This document shows positions 18,475-27,275 of a stretch of 49,904 nucleotides of DNA, piece by piece. Made by a program: the position numbers and the translations under genes. This DNA comes from Armatimonadota bacterium (lineage in GTDB: Bacteria; Armatimonadota; UBA5829; DTLH01). Within the stretch, counting starts at the first letter, position 1. Each line of letters starts with the position of its first letter. Under the pieces are notes generated by a model. The model had not been told where the DNA came from. It ran no database searches and saw only the letters and a program-made list of their open reading frames with translations. The stretch spans positions 1 to 49,904 of the forward strand of contig JBDKUN010000046.1 of assembly GCA_039679675.1 (NCBI GenBank), read 5' to 3'.

Positions 18475-19287
18475 CTACATCGAAAGGTATTCGCGCATCG
18501 ACTTCAGTGATGCGTCGCTGCATCCGGCTGGCGAATATTCGAGCCCGAATGAACCCTTATAACCCGCTTTACCGATACTGTCGATTATCTGCCTGTAGTC
18601 GAGTTCTCCGATATTGAGGTCATGCCTCCCCGGAACACCGGCTGAATGGAAGTGGCCGATAACATCTATATCCCTCTGCACGGTTGCAATTACATTTCCA
18701 TGCATTATCTGCATGTGGTAGATATCATACAGAAGCTTCAGATTGGGACTGTTGATTTCTTTTACGATCTCGACACCTTCATTCCAGTTATCCAGATAAT
18801 AGCCGGGGTGGTCAACATAGCTGTTCAGCACTTCTATATAAAGAGTATAATTCTCCTTTTCAGCTATGGCTGCTGCCTCCGAGTAGGCTTTCATCAGATT
18901 GGACCGCATCTGCGAACGCGAAAGGCCGTCTACCATATTTCCCGTGCAGGTAATAGCCTTACCGATCCCCGCTTTCCTGGAAAAAGCAATTACCTCGTGA
19001 AGCCTGTCGATATATTTGTTCAGCTCACGTGAATCGACGATCACGCCGCCGACAATCCCGTCCGGCGAATTGACGACCATGTTGTTTATCGTCACACCAC
19101 ACTGCTCGCATACCTCCCGCAGTGTCTGCGCGTCTTTCGGCTGATCCGCTGTGCAGGTAGTGCCGTCGAATGTGTTGTCGTGAAACCAGAACTCCACGCA
19201 GTCGAACCCGGCTTCCGCGATTTTTTGGATTCTCTTATCGTATGGAAGACCGGTATGGACCATTTCAAGGCATATGTCGAACTTCAT
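18475..19287 (-). CDS. Hydroxypyruvate isomerase-like TIM-barrel sugar isomerase/epimerase
   Basis: GFDCVEFW, EVLN..VDHPGY, LLYDIYHMQI, HFHSAGVPGRH, GLEY. Confidence 0.85.
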   Translation of the reverse strand: MKFDICLEMVHTGLPYDKRIQKIAEAGFDCVEFWFHDNTFDGTTCTADQPKDAQTLREVCEQCGVTINNMVVNSPDGIVGGVIVDSRELNKYIDRLHEVIAFSRKAGIGKAITCTGNMVDGLSRSQMRSNLMKAYSEAAAIAEKENYTLYIEVLNSYVDHPGYYLDNWNEGVEIVKEINSPNLKLLYDIYHMQIMHGNVIATVQRDIDVIGHFHSAGVPGRHDLNIGELDYRQIIDSIGKAGYKGSFGLEYSPAGCSDASLKSMREYLSM

Positions 19288-19314
19288 TGTCTCTTTTTCT
19301 CCGTTATTGCACGC

Positions 19315-20604
19315 CTAGAGCAGCGCCTCGGCGACCTTTCTTATTCCCTTTGCGATCATATCGCAGTCCTCTTCCGTAAGCTGCGCTGGTATGTCCAGAT
19401 GGATCGTCCGCGATAGAATTTCGTTGGTTTTTGGGCACATATCCTCGCTGTAGCGGCTGGGTGCATCACCCTTGTAATGCGGGCAGCTATATGGACAGCC
19501 CTCAGAAGTGGGCGTCTTCTGCTTGAGCACATGCTGCCAGTGCGAATAGATATGCCAGTCCGGGATTCCCTTATTGAACACTCCAGCGGCATCGACACCC
19601 TCGGCTCTGAGTGCATCTACGAATGTCTCTACCTTTTCAGAGCTGTCGAGCATCCACATGAGGCAGATGGCTGTGTCACCGGCTTCATCACTCAGCTTTC
19701 TGAACGTAATGCCGGGAATATCTGCAATCTGGCTCTTGATACGCTTCTTATTGGCGCGCATCCGTGAGATCAGGCTGTCGAGCTTGCCGAGCTGCGCAAG
19801 CATAACGGCTCCGGTCAGCTCGCTCATTCTATAGTTAACGCCGCAGAACAGCTCGCCATCGTAGCGTTCGCCGCCGAAACGGTCCGGCCTCCAGCAGGCA
19901 GCCGTGTCATGGTAGCCCATAAGGCGGTCATACAGACGGGCGTCGTTAGTGATGCATGCGCCGCCCTCTCCGGCGGTGATGATCTTGTGATACTGGAAGC
20001 TGAAGCAGCCGACATCGCCGAATGTTCCCAGTGACTTGCCCTTATAACTTCCTCCACAGGCCTGCGCGCAGTCTTCAATCAGCTTCAAATTGTGCTTCTT
20101 ACAGATCGCTGTAATTCTGTCCATATCACAAGGCACGCCCCGCATATGAACGGCAATTACAGCCTTGGTATAAGGTGTAATTTTCTTTTCGAGATCGTCC
20201 GGGTCCGGCGTCATGCTTTCATCGATATCGCATATAACCGGAATCGCCTTGGCAGCTACAATCGCCGCGCAGCTTGCAAAAAATGTGTAACCATTTACGA
20301 TGACTTCATCACCGGGACCCACGCCGCATGCGACCAGAGCGCTGATCAGAGCAGATGTGCAGGAGTTGACTGCAAGGCAGTGCTTCGCACCCATGCGCGC
20401 GGCAAATCTTTCTTCGAATTCTCTGACCTTGCTGGGATAATTATCAGGCCCATAATATCGAAACAGATATTTTCGCTCGATAACTTCGAGCAGTTGCGCC
20501 TTTTCTTCCTCACCGATCTCCAAACCACCCGGATACATCGGTATATTAGGTGTAGTTTTTGCCTTTTGTCCGCCGTTGATAGCCAGTTGTTCTTTAGTCA
20601 TCAT
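19315..20604 (-). CDS. DegT/DnrJ/EryC1/StrS PLP aminotransferase (second, distinct subfamily)
   Basis: YPGGLEIG...LFRYYG, NSCTSAL, IEDCAQACG, FSFQYHKIITAGEGG, GVNYRMSEL. Confidence 0.92.
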   Translation of the reverse strand: MMTKEQLAINGGQKAKTTPNIPMYPGGLEIGEEEKAQLLEVIERKYLFRYYGPDNYPSKVREFEERFAARMGAKHCLAVNSCTSALISALVACGVGPGDEVIVNGYTFFASCAAIVAAKAIPVICDIDESMTPDPDDLEKKITPYTKAVIAVHMRGVPCDMDRITAICKKHNLKLIEDCAQACGGSYKGKSLGTFGDVGCFSFQYHKIITAGEGGACITNDARLYDRLMGYHDTAACWRPDRFGGERYDGELFCGVNYRMSELTGAVMLAQLGKLDSLISRMRANKKRIKSQIADIPGITFRKLSDEAGDTAICLMWMLDSSEKVETFVDALRAEGVDAAGVFNKGIPDWHIYSHWQHVLKQKTPTSEGCPYSCPHYKGDAPSRYSEDMCPKTNEILSRTIHLDIPAQLTEEDCDMIAKGIRKVAEALL

Positions 20605-21637
20605 GCCGGTCTCCTCCTATCAAAACACTGTTAACGTAAAAACTGAGTTCTTCGTAATCTCTTGCTTCACGAAGCTGGTCCATGTACGCATCATCGCAGC
20701 TCCGTACTTTCTCCAGAAGCATCTCGAACATCTTTTTGCTGTAGACAAGGTGCTTCAGGGAGTTTTCCTTGCTTTGTGTGCGAAGGGTCTTGACGTCAAG
20801 GCCGACATATTCCCCGTTTTTTCCGTAACCATACTTATCGAGCACATAGACCTGAGAAAATGCCCGTCCAATGTTTGCACTTCCGAATGTCTTGTCCTCG
20901 TCGAACTTCAATCCGTTCTGGTCATTGAGATGCACGCTCCAGAGCTTGCCGAAGCTCAGCGCAAAACCCATTTCTTCACTCGGCTCAAGGTTAGCCAGCA
21001 GCGCATGGGCACTCTCTATGAGGATCCCCACCCGGCTTGGGTCTTTTGTGCGCGATGCTATTGCAAGAAAGTGTCCGGTTGTGGGGCAGAAAGCGGAGTC
21101 CATCGGCTCGTTGGGCTTCATTTCTCCTAAAATACGTATATTGGGGTCACAACCGAGAAGCATATCGACATACTCAACAAATCTGTCCGCCGCAACCTTG
21201 GGATCTTTGGCTTCACGGATATACGTGCCTTCGCGAGCGGGCCAAAGAACGATATTTCGCGTACCCAGCATTCCGGCTATCTCTACAGCGCGCTTCGATC
21301 TATCCCAGGCATACTTCCTCGACTCAGGGCTGTTGGAAGTCCAGCCGCCATCGATCGTCATCGGGTGCTCCCATAGTCTCGGAGCTACGAACTCAGCTTT
21401 CAAGCCCAAATCGTCGAGGGTTTTCTTGAGTTCAGCGAGCTTTTTATCCTGCTCCATGATTGGAAGAGTAATATCGACCGCATCGTCATCATGGAACTGG
21501 ATGCCCGTAAAACCCTCTTTTACCGCAAACTCCAGCTTTTCCTGAAATTTGAAAGACTCCCTGACCATCGGGCCAAAAGGATCAGCCCCTTCATGGATGT
21601 TCCAGGGACCGAAAGAAAATCTATATTCCCCTGCCAT
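20594..21637 (-). CDS. xylA: Xylose isomerase-like enzyme (short class-I type)
   Basis: FSFGPW...DPFG, FHDDD, WPAREG, EMKPNEP, ESAH, LKFDED, LDVK match class-I xylose isomerase motifs; substrate not proven. Confidence 0.75.
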   Translation of the reverse strand: MAGEYRFSFGPWNIHEGADPFGPMVRESFKFQEKLEFAVKEGFTGIQFHDDDAVDITLPIMEQDKKLAELKKTLDDLGLKAEFVAPRLWEHPMTIDGGWTSNSPESRKYAWDRSKRAVEIAGMLGTRNIVLWPAREGTYIREAKDPKVAADRFVEYVDMLLGCDPNIRILGEMKPNEPMDSAFCPTTGHFLAIASRTKDPSRVGILIESAHALLANLEPSEEMGFALSFGKLWSVHLNDQNGLKFDEDKTFGSANIGRAFSQVYVLDKYGYGKNGEYVGLDVKTLRTQSKENSLKHLVYSKKMFEMLLEKVRSCDDAYMDQLREARDYEELSFYVNSVLIGGDRHDD

Positions 21638-21727
21638 TTCTCACCACCATAAAAGATTATATTAGCCTTTTGTATAATATACTACACACAAAGTAGAAAG
21701 ATAAAGCTAGCTGCATAGGTATAGCTT

Positions 21728-22309
21728 TTATCTGAGTTGGACAGCCATTATCTTGAGGATTTCGTCATACTCATTGCGTGCTACGTGCAGTTGACCCGCC
21801 TTAACATAAAAAGCATCCCCGGCTCGTACGATAAACTTGCCTTTGCCGATAACTTCCAGTGTCAATTCGCCGGATATAACCATTCCAAGCAAATCACCTT
21901 TATGGCTCTCTTTCTCAGCAAGCTTTGTATGAGGCTGGTATTCTTCGTAAGTCAGTTCAGCTTTGATATCAGGGTGCTTCGCAAACGCAAAATACCACTT
22001 GTGTTCATCATCCTCTACGGAAACCATCTCAGCCTGCCGAAACACAACCTGCTCTGACGGGTCACTGTCGATCTTATCCAGAAAAAATTCGTAAAGATCG
22101 ACATTCATCGCCTCAAGCAGTTTGTTGAGGCTCATTACCGTCGGTGAAACCTTGCCTGATTCAATTTTGGATACCAGGCTGACAGAGACATTAGACGCAG
22201 ATGCAAGCTCACGCATTGTAAGCTTGCGATTTTCGCGAAACGCCTTCAGTCTGGCTCCAGTGTCTCTGATATTCAATTGCACCTCTGCGAAGAGTATTAT
22301 TTGTTGCAT
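21728..22309 (-). CDS. XRE-family HTH regulator with cupin domain
   Basis: LTMRELASASNVSVSLVSKIESGKVSPT HTH; cupin ESHKG...VISGEL...GDAFY..AGQLH. True start may be TTG at 22276 (GAGGT SD). Confidence 0.9.
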   Translation of the reverse strand: MQQIILFAEVQLNIRDTGARLKAFRENRKLTMRELASASNVSVSLVSKIESGKVSPTVMSLNKLLEAMNVDLYEFFLDKIDSDPSEQVVFRQAEMVSVEDDEHKWYFAFAKHPDIKAELTYEEYQPHTKLAEKESHKGDLLGMVISGELTLEVIGKGKFIVRAGDAFYVKAGQLHVARNEYDEILKIMAVQLR

Positions 22310-22513
22310 ATGAGTATATATGCAGACGATAACAGAATCATGTTACATTGCAATCAAGCATAATGCAATATATATTTACATTTCTGCGGTTATTACTGTG
22401 CGAACACTAAGCTTCATTGTGAGTATATCAGCTGATGATCTTTCCAGAGTTCTTTGCATTGGTTTAAGACACATCAGTAAGAGGGTAAACGTGAATCAAG
22501 CCGGCATCTCAAA

Positions 22514-23842
22514 ATGAAGGTGTGCTCCTGCTTTAAGATACGACTAATGTCAGTGGAGGAACATCGAATAGTGAACGGTAAATCACACAGCCGTATCGTC
22601 ATAACCGGAACGTATTGCTCGTTGAATAAAGGCGACGCGGCTATGCGCATCGCGCTCACCGATGCTCTCAAAAAAGCTATACCTGATTGCCATGTTACGA
22701 TGATGACCCCATTTCCTGAGCTGGATGGCTCTGCCTACAGAAGCGATGTAACTCTCAAATGCAGCCGCAGACGTCCTGTAAAAGCCATGGGACTGATACT
22801 TCTCGCATCGGTCTGGCATGCCGTCCACCGGGTATTTCGGCTGGACCTCAGGTTCATTCTGAACAAAGAGATGAGAGTTTACCGCGAAAGCGATGTTGTA
22901 GTCGATCTGAGCGGGGACGGATTGACCGAAGAATACGGAACAAAATGCCTTATCGCACACCTCATCCCGATAGTGCTCGGCAAGCTGCTCAACAAGCCGG
23001 TATTCGTCTGTGCCCAGACTATCGGACCATTCGATAAGAACGAGGCTCTCTGCCGGTGGATACTAAGAAAAACCGATGTCGTAACCGCGAGGGAAAAGCT
23101 TACTTACGATTATCTTTCCAATTTGGGACTAAACGGGACAACACTATCACTTACAGCCGATATGGCGTTTCTGGTCGGATCTATCCCTCCTGAGACAGCA
23201 AGAAACATACTTTCAAAAGAGGGAGTAACCTTCGACAAACCGATTGCCGGTTTTTCCATCAGCCGGCTGCCTGGCCATATTCTGGGCAGCGCTGAAGAAC
23301 GCAAAGCTACAAGTTTGGAACTCGAACTGGCGGAAACTCTCGACAAGTTGGTCGAAAAGGGGATGCACCCTGTATTCGTGTCTCATGCAACAGGACCAGG
23401 AGACCGGCGGGACGACCGAAAAGCGGCTAAAAGAGTGGCAGATATCAGCCGGTACAGCTCGGAAATCACTGTTTTGGAGGGTGATTACTCCGCGGAAGAA
23501 ATCAAGGGCATCATAAGCCAAATGGAGATATTCGCAGGGGTAAGAATGCACTCTTGTATAGCGGCGATGTCTATGTGTGTGCCTACAGCGATAATCGCAT
23601 ACGGACCCAAGGCGTACGGCATAGCAGGACTTGCCGGACAAAGCCGGTGGGTCATGGATATCAGAAATATTACATCGGGTAAGCTCTTCGACACCCTGCA
23701 GCAACTCTGGCAGGAACGGGAATCCGTCCGAAAATCACTCAGAGAAGAAATGGCGGCCATAAACAAACTTGCCGAAGAAAATGTAACGATCATCCAGGCA
23801 CTCCTGAACAAAAAAGATCGACCTGCACGTCGCTTGCGCTGA
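22514..23842 (+). CDS. Polysaccharide pyruvyl transferase family protein (WcaK/AmsJ-like)
   Basis: NKGDAAM, DLSGDG, AQTIGPF, TARE, ADMAF, GVRMHSCIAA...PTAIIAY..K; likely start GTG 22571 after GGAGGA. Confidence 0.88.
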   Translation: MKVCSCFKIRLMSVEEHRIVNGKSHSRIVITGTYCSLNKGDAAMRIALTDALKKAIPDCHVTMMTPFPELDGSAYRSDVTLKCSRRRPVKAMGLILLASVWHAVHRVFRLDLRFILNKEMRVYRESDVVVDLSGDGLTEEYGTKCLIAHLIPIVLGKLLNKPVFVCAQTIGPFDKNEALCRWILRKTDVVTAREKLTYDYLSNLGLNGTTLSLTADMAFLVGSIPPETARNILSKEGVTFDKPIAGFSISRLPGHILGSAEERKATSLELELAETLDKLVEKGMHPVFVSHATGPGDRRDDRKAAKRVADISRYSSEITVLEGDYSAEEIKGIISQMEIFAGVRMHSCIAAMSMCVPTAIIAYGPKAYGIAGLAGQSRWVMDIRNITSGKLFDTLQQLWQERESVRKSLREEMAAINKLAEENVTIIQALLNKKDRPARRLR

Positions 23843-23972
23843 CCAAACATTAATTGACCATTCTACAAGCTGTGATTCTGTCCTGTAGAGATGATGACCT
23901 GTTGGTTTTGGGTGAACAATACGGAGAGTCCCGTCAGCGTATCATCCAAAAACCTGTAAATAGGAGGTAGGG

Positions 23973-25292
23973 ATGCCTTTATCGCTACTGCGTCAGATGC
24001 GGCGGATAAACCGCGACCAGTGGATTGAACCGGATAATCTTGAAGCTGTGCAGTTGCACAGACTTAAGCGGCAGGTAAAAAGGGCCTGGGATTACTCACC
24101 CTTTTACCGTGAACGCCTGTCCTCCGCCGGATTTGAACCTGGTGATCTGAAAAGCATTGATGATCTTCGCCGGCTGCCTGTACTGACAAAGTCCGAGCTT
24201 CAGGCGGCAGGCGGAGATGCATTCTGTTCAGATATAGACCTGGACAGCTGCGTGTGGCTGAAGACCAGCGGCTCCAGCGGTTCACCTTTGTCTCTTCCGT
24301 TCACCAGCCGGGATAAGTCGCACCGAGTCTTGAAGGAACTCCGCGCGCTGATGGCGCATGGCTACAAATTCACGGACCGGATGATCATTTTTGTCGAACC
24401 AAGGTGCATGGTAGAGAAAAAGAACAGCCTTCAGAAACTGGGGCTGCTCCGCCGGGACTATGTGTCCATCTTCGCCGACCAGCCGGACCAGCTAGCCAGA
24501 ATAGAGTCGATCCATCCTCAAGTGATATACGGCTACACATCGAGCCTGCGCATTATCGCTGAAAGTCTTGCACACAACAACTCTTCACTGCCCGTGCCTA
24601 AGGTGCTGATGACTGCCGCCGAACTGCTCGATCCGGCTACACGGAAACTGTTAAAAGATGGTTTTGGGACAGAACCTGCCGACTTTTACGGCTCGATGGA
24701 ATTCGGATGGATCGGATGGCAATGCCAAGAACGGCATGGCTATCACATTAACTCGGACTGTCTTATAGTCGAATGTTTGAAAGATGGCCAACCTGCCGGA
24801 GGCGGCGAAGAAGGGGAACTGGTAATAACGAACCTTTACTCGGATGCAGCGCCGCTTATCCGTTATTCCAGCGGTGATTCAGGTGTCTTGTCGTCTGAAA
24901 AGTGCCGCTGCGGGAGGTCTCTCCCGATCCTCGAGTCGCTGACAGGCAGGCTGGCGGACTGCATATCCCTTCCGGGCGGTCGAAAGGTATCACCTTACAC
25001 CGTGACCTGCGCCATTGAGGATATTCCCGGTGTGGGACAATTCCAGGTCGTTCAACGCAAGGACTGGACCGTCAATATCAGCCTGGTCCCAAGCTCACGA
25101 AATTTAAACACGGACGACGTGAGGACTGCTGTGCAGAAAATGCTGGGGCATGATGTGGCTGTCGTTGTCGAGGCAACATCGAGGCTTCCATTGGATCCGA
25201 ACGGCAAGTTCAGAGTCGTGAGATCTTATGTCAATCCGCTTCAACCGACCGCTCAAAGAGACATTTCAGAACAAGGATGCATACAACAATGA
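23973..25292 (+). CDS. Phenylacetate-CoA ligase-like / CapK-type adenylate-forming enzyme
   Basis: LPVLTKSEL, KTSGSSGSP P-loop, YGSMEFG, GELVITNL...PLIRY..GD, CRCGRSLP, GRLAD, FQVVQ, NGKFR; SD AGGAGG. Confidence 0.88.
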   Translation: MPLSLLRQMRRINRDQWIEPDNLEAVQLHRLKRQVKRAWDYSPFYRERLSSAGFEPGDLKSIDDLRRLPVLTKSELQAAGGDAFCSDIDLDSCVWLKTSGSSGSPLSLPFTSRDKSHRVLKELRALMAHGYKFTDRMIIFVEPRCMVEKKNSLQKLGLLRRDYVSIFADQPDQLARIESIHPQVIYGYTSSLRIIAESLAHNNSSLPVPKVLMTAAELLDPATRKLLKDGFGTEPADFYGSMEFGWIGWQCQERHGYHINSDCLIVECLKDGQPAGGGEEGELVITNLYSDAAPLIRYSSGDSGVLSSEKCRCGRSLPILESLTGRLADCISLPGGRKVSPYTVTCAIEDIPGVGQFQVVQRKDWTVNISLVPSSRNLNTDDVRTAVQKMLGHDVAVVVEATSRLPLDPNGKFRVVRSYVNPLQPTAQRDISEQGCIQQ

Positions 25293-26320
25293 CCTCTGCC
25301 AAACCCGAACAGCTGCAAAGAACCGAACCTGTCCGCATTGCGTCCGGCAGGAACCGCGGTTCAATGCAGCTACAGGCAAAACGGTTTGCGTCGCTTGTAA
25401 GGCATGGTACGCTGGAGCTTTACAGGTTCGAAGGCCAATATCTTGGGAGCCCGATACGGATAATTGTCGCGGAAGACGGCTCGACGATCAACTACATAAA
25501 AAAACTTATCTTCACAGATGAACCGGTCACAACTCACATAGGGACCATCAGCGCTTTTTCCGGTCCGGGACTGATTCATTCGGATGCGGATATAGTAATC
25601 GCCGGCGCGAACCATATGCTTCTCAACGCTTATTCTAACCAGGGTTTCTACATCGTGCCGAAGTGGATACAGCTTTTTGTCCCGATATGGGACCACCCGG
25701 ATACGATGTACAGCAGGCTCGACCTGGACCGCACAACCCGTAAATACTTCAGACGTCTCTCCAGAACAATCGAAACGATGGGCTACAGCTTCGCCGTTAC
25801 AGTCGACCAGGGCTGGTTCGACTATTTCTACTACCATATGTACCTGCCCTACGCACGAAGAAGACATCAGGATATGGCAGTAATCCACAGCTATAACACC
25901 GTACAGCAAAACTTCTCGCGCGGTATGGGTGTTGCGATTATGAAAGACGGCGAACTCCTGGGCGGCGGGATAGTAATCTGCGAAGGCAAAACCATGAGTT
26001 TCAGACATATGGGAATGGTAGACGGCAGCATAGAAGCATCAAGAGACGGAGCATCTTCTGCGCTCGACTACTTCGTTGTTCGCTTTGGTCATTCCAGGGG
26101 GTGTAACCAGATGAACTTCGGCCATACAAGAGCGTTTACATCCGACGGAGTGTTGAGATATAAGCTCACATGGCAAGCGCGAGTAGAAAATGATGACGAT
26201 GCTATTTCCGCTTTCGCCATAGGCACTCCCGGAACAACACCGCAGGCTCGAAGTTTCCTATCGGAAAACAGATTCTTCCACTTAACCCCTGAAGGAGTCA
26301 GACTATACGATGAATCCTAG
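25277..26320 (+). CDS. GNAT/FemAB-like fold protein, paralog 1
   Basis: Shares DGSTxxYI, GAN, PKWI, WxDxFYxxMYxPYA and FGxxRxFxSDGxLxYKLxW with the next two ORFs; the YKLxW end resembles GNAT/Fem-type C-terminal motifs. Confidence 0.6.
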   Translation: MHTTMTSAKPEQLQRTEPVRIASGRNRGSMQLQAKRFASLVRHGTLELYRFEGQYLGSPIRIIVAEDGSTINYIKKLIFTDEPVTTHIGTISAFSGPGLIHSDADIVIAGANHMLLNAYSNQGFYIVPKWIQLFVPIWDHPDTMYSRLDLDRTTRKYFRRLSRTIETMGYSFAVTVDQGWFDYFYYHMYLPYARRRHQDMAVIHSYNTVQQNFSRGMGVAIMKDGELLGGGIVICEGKTMSFRHMGMVDGSIEASRDGASSALDYFVVRFGHSRGCNQMNFGHTRAFTSDGVLRYKLTWQARVENDDDAISAFAIGTPGTTPQARSFLSENRFFHLTPEGVRLYDES

Positions 26321-27275
26321 AAAACTCGTTCTGAACTTCGGGCGGCAGTCAGTCTCACTTATGCGGCATTCCAGATTAACGGTATATTCCGTTGAGGGTG
26401 ACTACGACGGGGATCGTCTCCACGTGCTGATCGCGGATGACGGCTCCACGCTTGATTATATAAGCAACCTTATTTTTCCTGAAGGATCGGTGATCTCAAA
26501 AAAACGATATATCAGCGCGCTGAAAGGCCCGGATCTCATAAACAGCACTGCAGACCTCGTGGTTGTCGGTGCAAACCTGTTACTGAAGGATAAATACATC
26601 CGCAATGGATTCATCATTGCCCCAAAATGGATACAATTGTTCCTCCCTGTTGATGAAAACCCATATACCCGGCTGTACAACAAGGGCCGCCAGGCTCGAA
26701 AATACTTTAAGTGGATGATTAAGAAAGTAGAATCGGGCGGCTTCCATTGCGAGATAGTGACTGACACCGAATGGCTGGACGAGTTTTACGATAAAATGTA
26801 TCGCCCCTATGCGCTGCAGCGCTTCGGTAACTTCGCTGTTGTGCATAAATACCAGAAAATTAAGCGCTCATTTCAGCGCGGAGCCGGAATAATTGCGAAA
26901 AGGAACGGGGTGCCCGTCGCAGGCACGATAATCTATCATGCAGGAGACACGATGCACATCCCGCACATTGGGATCGTCGATGGAGACCTTTCTATAGTAA
27001 GAGAAGGCGCAGCTTTTGCCATGGATTACTATGCGGTGCGGCTGGCGCACCTGATAGGGTGTAAGCGCGTAGACTTCGGGCACAGCCGGCCGTTTTATTC
27101 CGATGGGACACTGCAATACAAGCTGAACTGGTATATGGACGTAGAAGAAGATGATGATGGATTGTCTGTCTTCGCTATAGCTGTGCCCGGCCAGAAAGGG
27201 CCTGCAATGAAATTTCTGGAGAATAACAAGTTCTTCCGCATCGCCCCGGACGGAGTCATAACACCCAATGAGTAA
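26310..27275 (+). CDS. GNAT/FemAB-like fold protein, paralog 2
   Basis: ADDGSTLDYI, VVGAN, PKWI, WLDEFYDKMYRPYA, FGHSRPFYSDGTLQYKLNW; overlaps both neighbours. Confidence 0.6.
   Translation: MNPRKLVLNFGRQSVSLMRHSRLTVYSVEGDYDGDRLHVLIADDGSTLDYISNLIFPEGSVISKKRYISALKGPDLINSTADLVVVGANLLLKDKYIRNGFIIAPKWIQLFLPVDENPYTRLYNKGRQARKYFKWMIKKVESGGFHCEIVTDTEWLDEFYDKMYRPYALQRFGNFAVVHKYQKIKRSFQRGAGIIAKRNGVPVAGTIIYHAGDTMHIPHIGIVDGDLSIVREGAAFAMDYYAVRLAHLIGCKRVDFGHSRPFYSDGTLQYKLNWYMDVEEDDDGLSVFAIAVPGQKGPAMKFLENNKFFRIAPDGVITPNE

Noticed and set aside
9000..20604. Antibiotic or O-antigen sugar biosynthetic cluster
   Set aside because: No glycosyltransferase, NDP-sugar enzymes, cyclitol synthase, exporter or resistance gene; hydrolases and LacI control favour catabolism.
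22320..22517. 65-aa ORF or riboswitch in the AT-rich spacer between the XRE gene and the pyruvyltransferase
   Set aside because: No SD, no motif, and no recognisable riboswitch core (c-di-GMP, fluoride, TPP, cobalamin checked by eye only).
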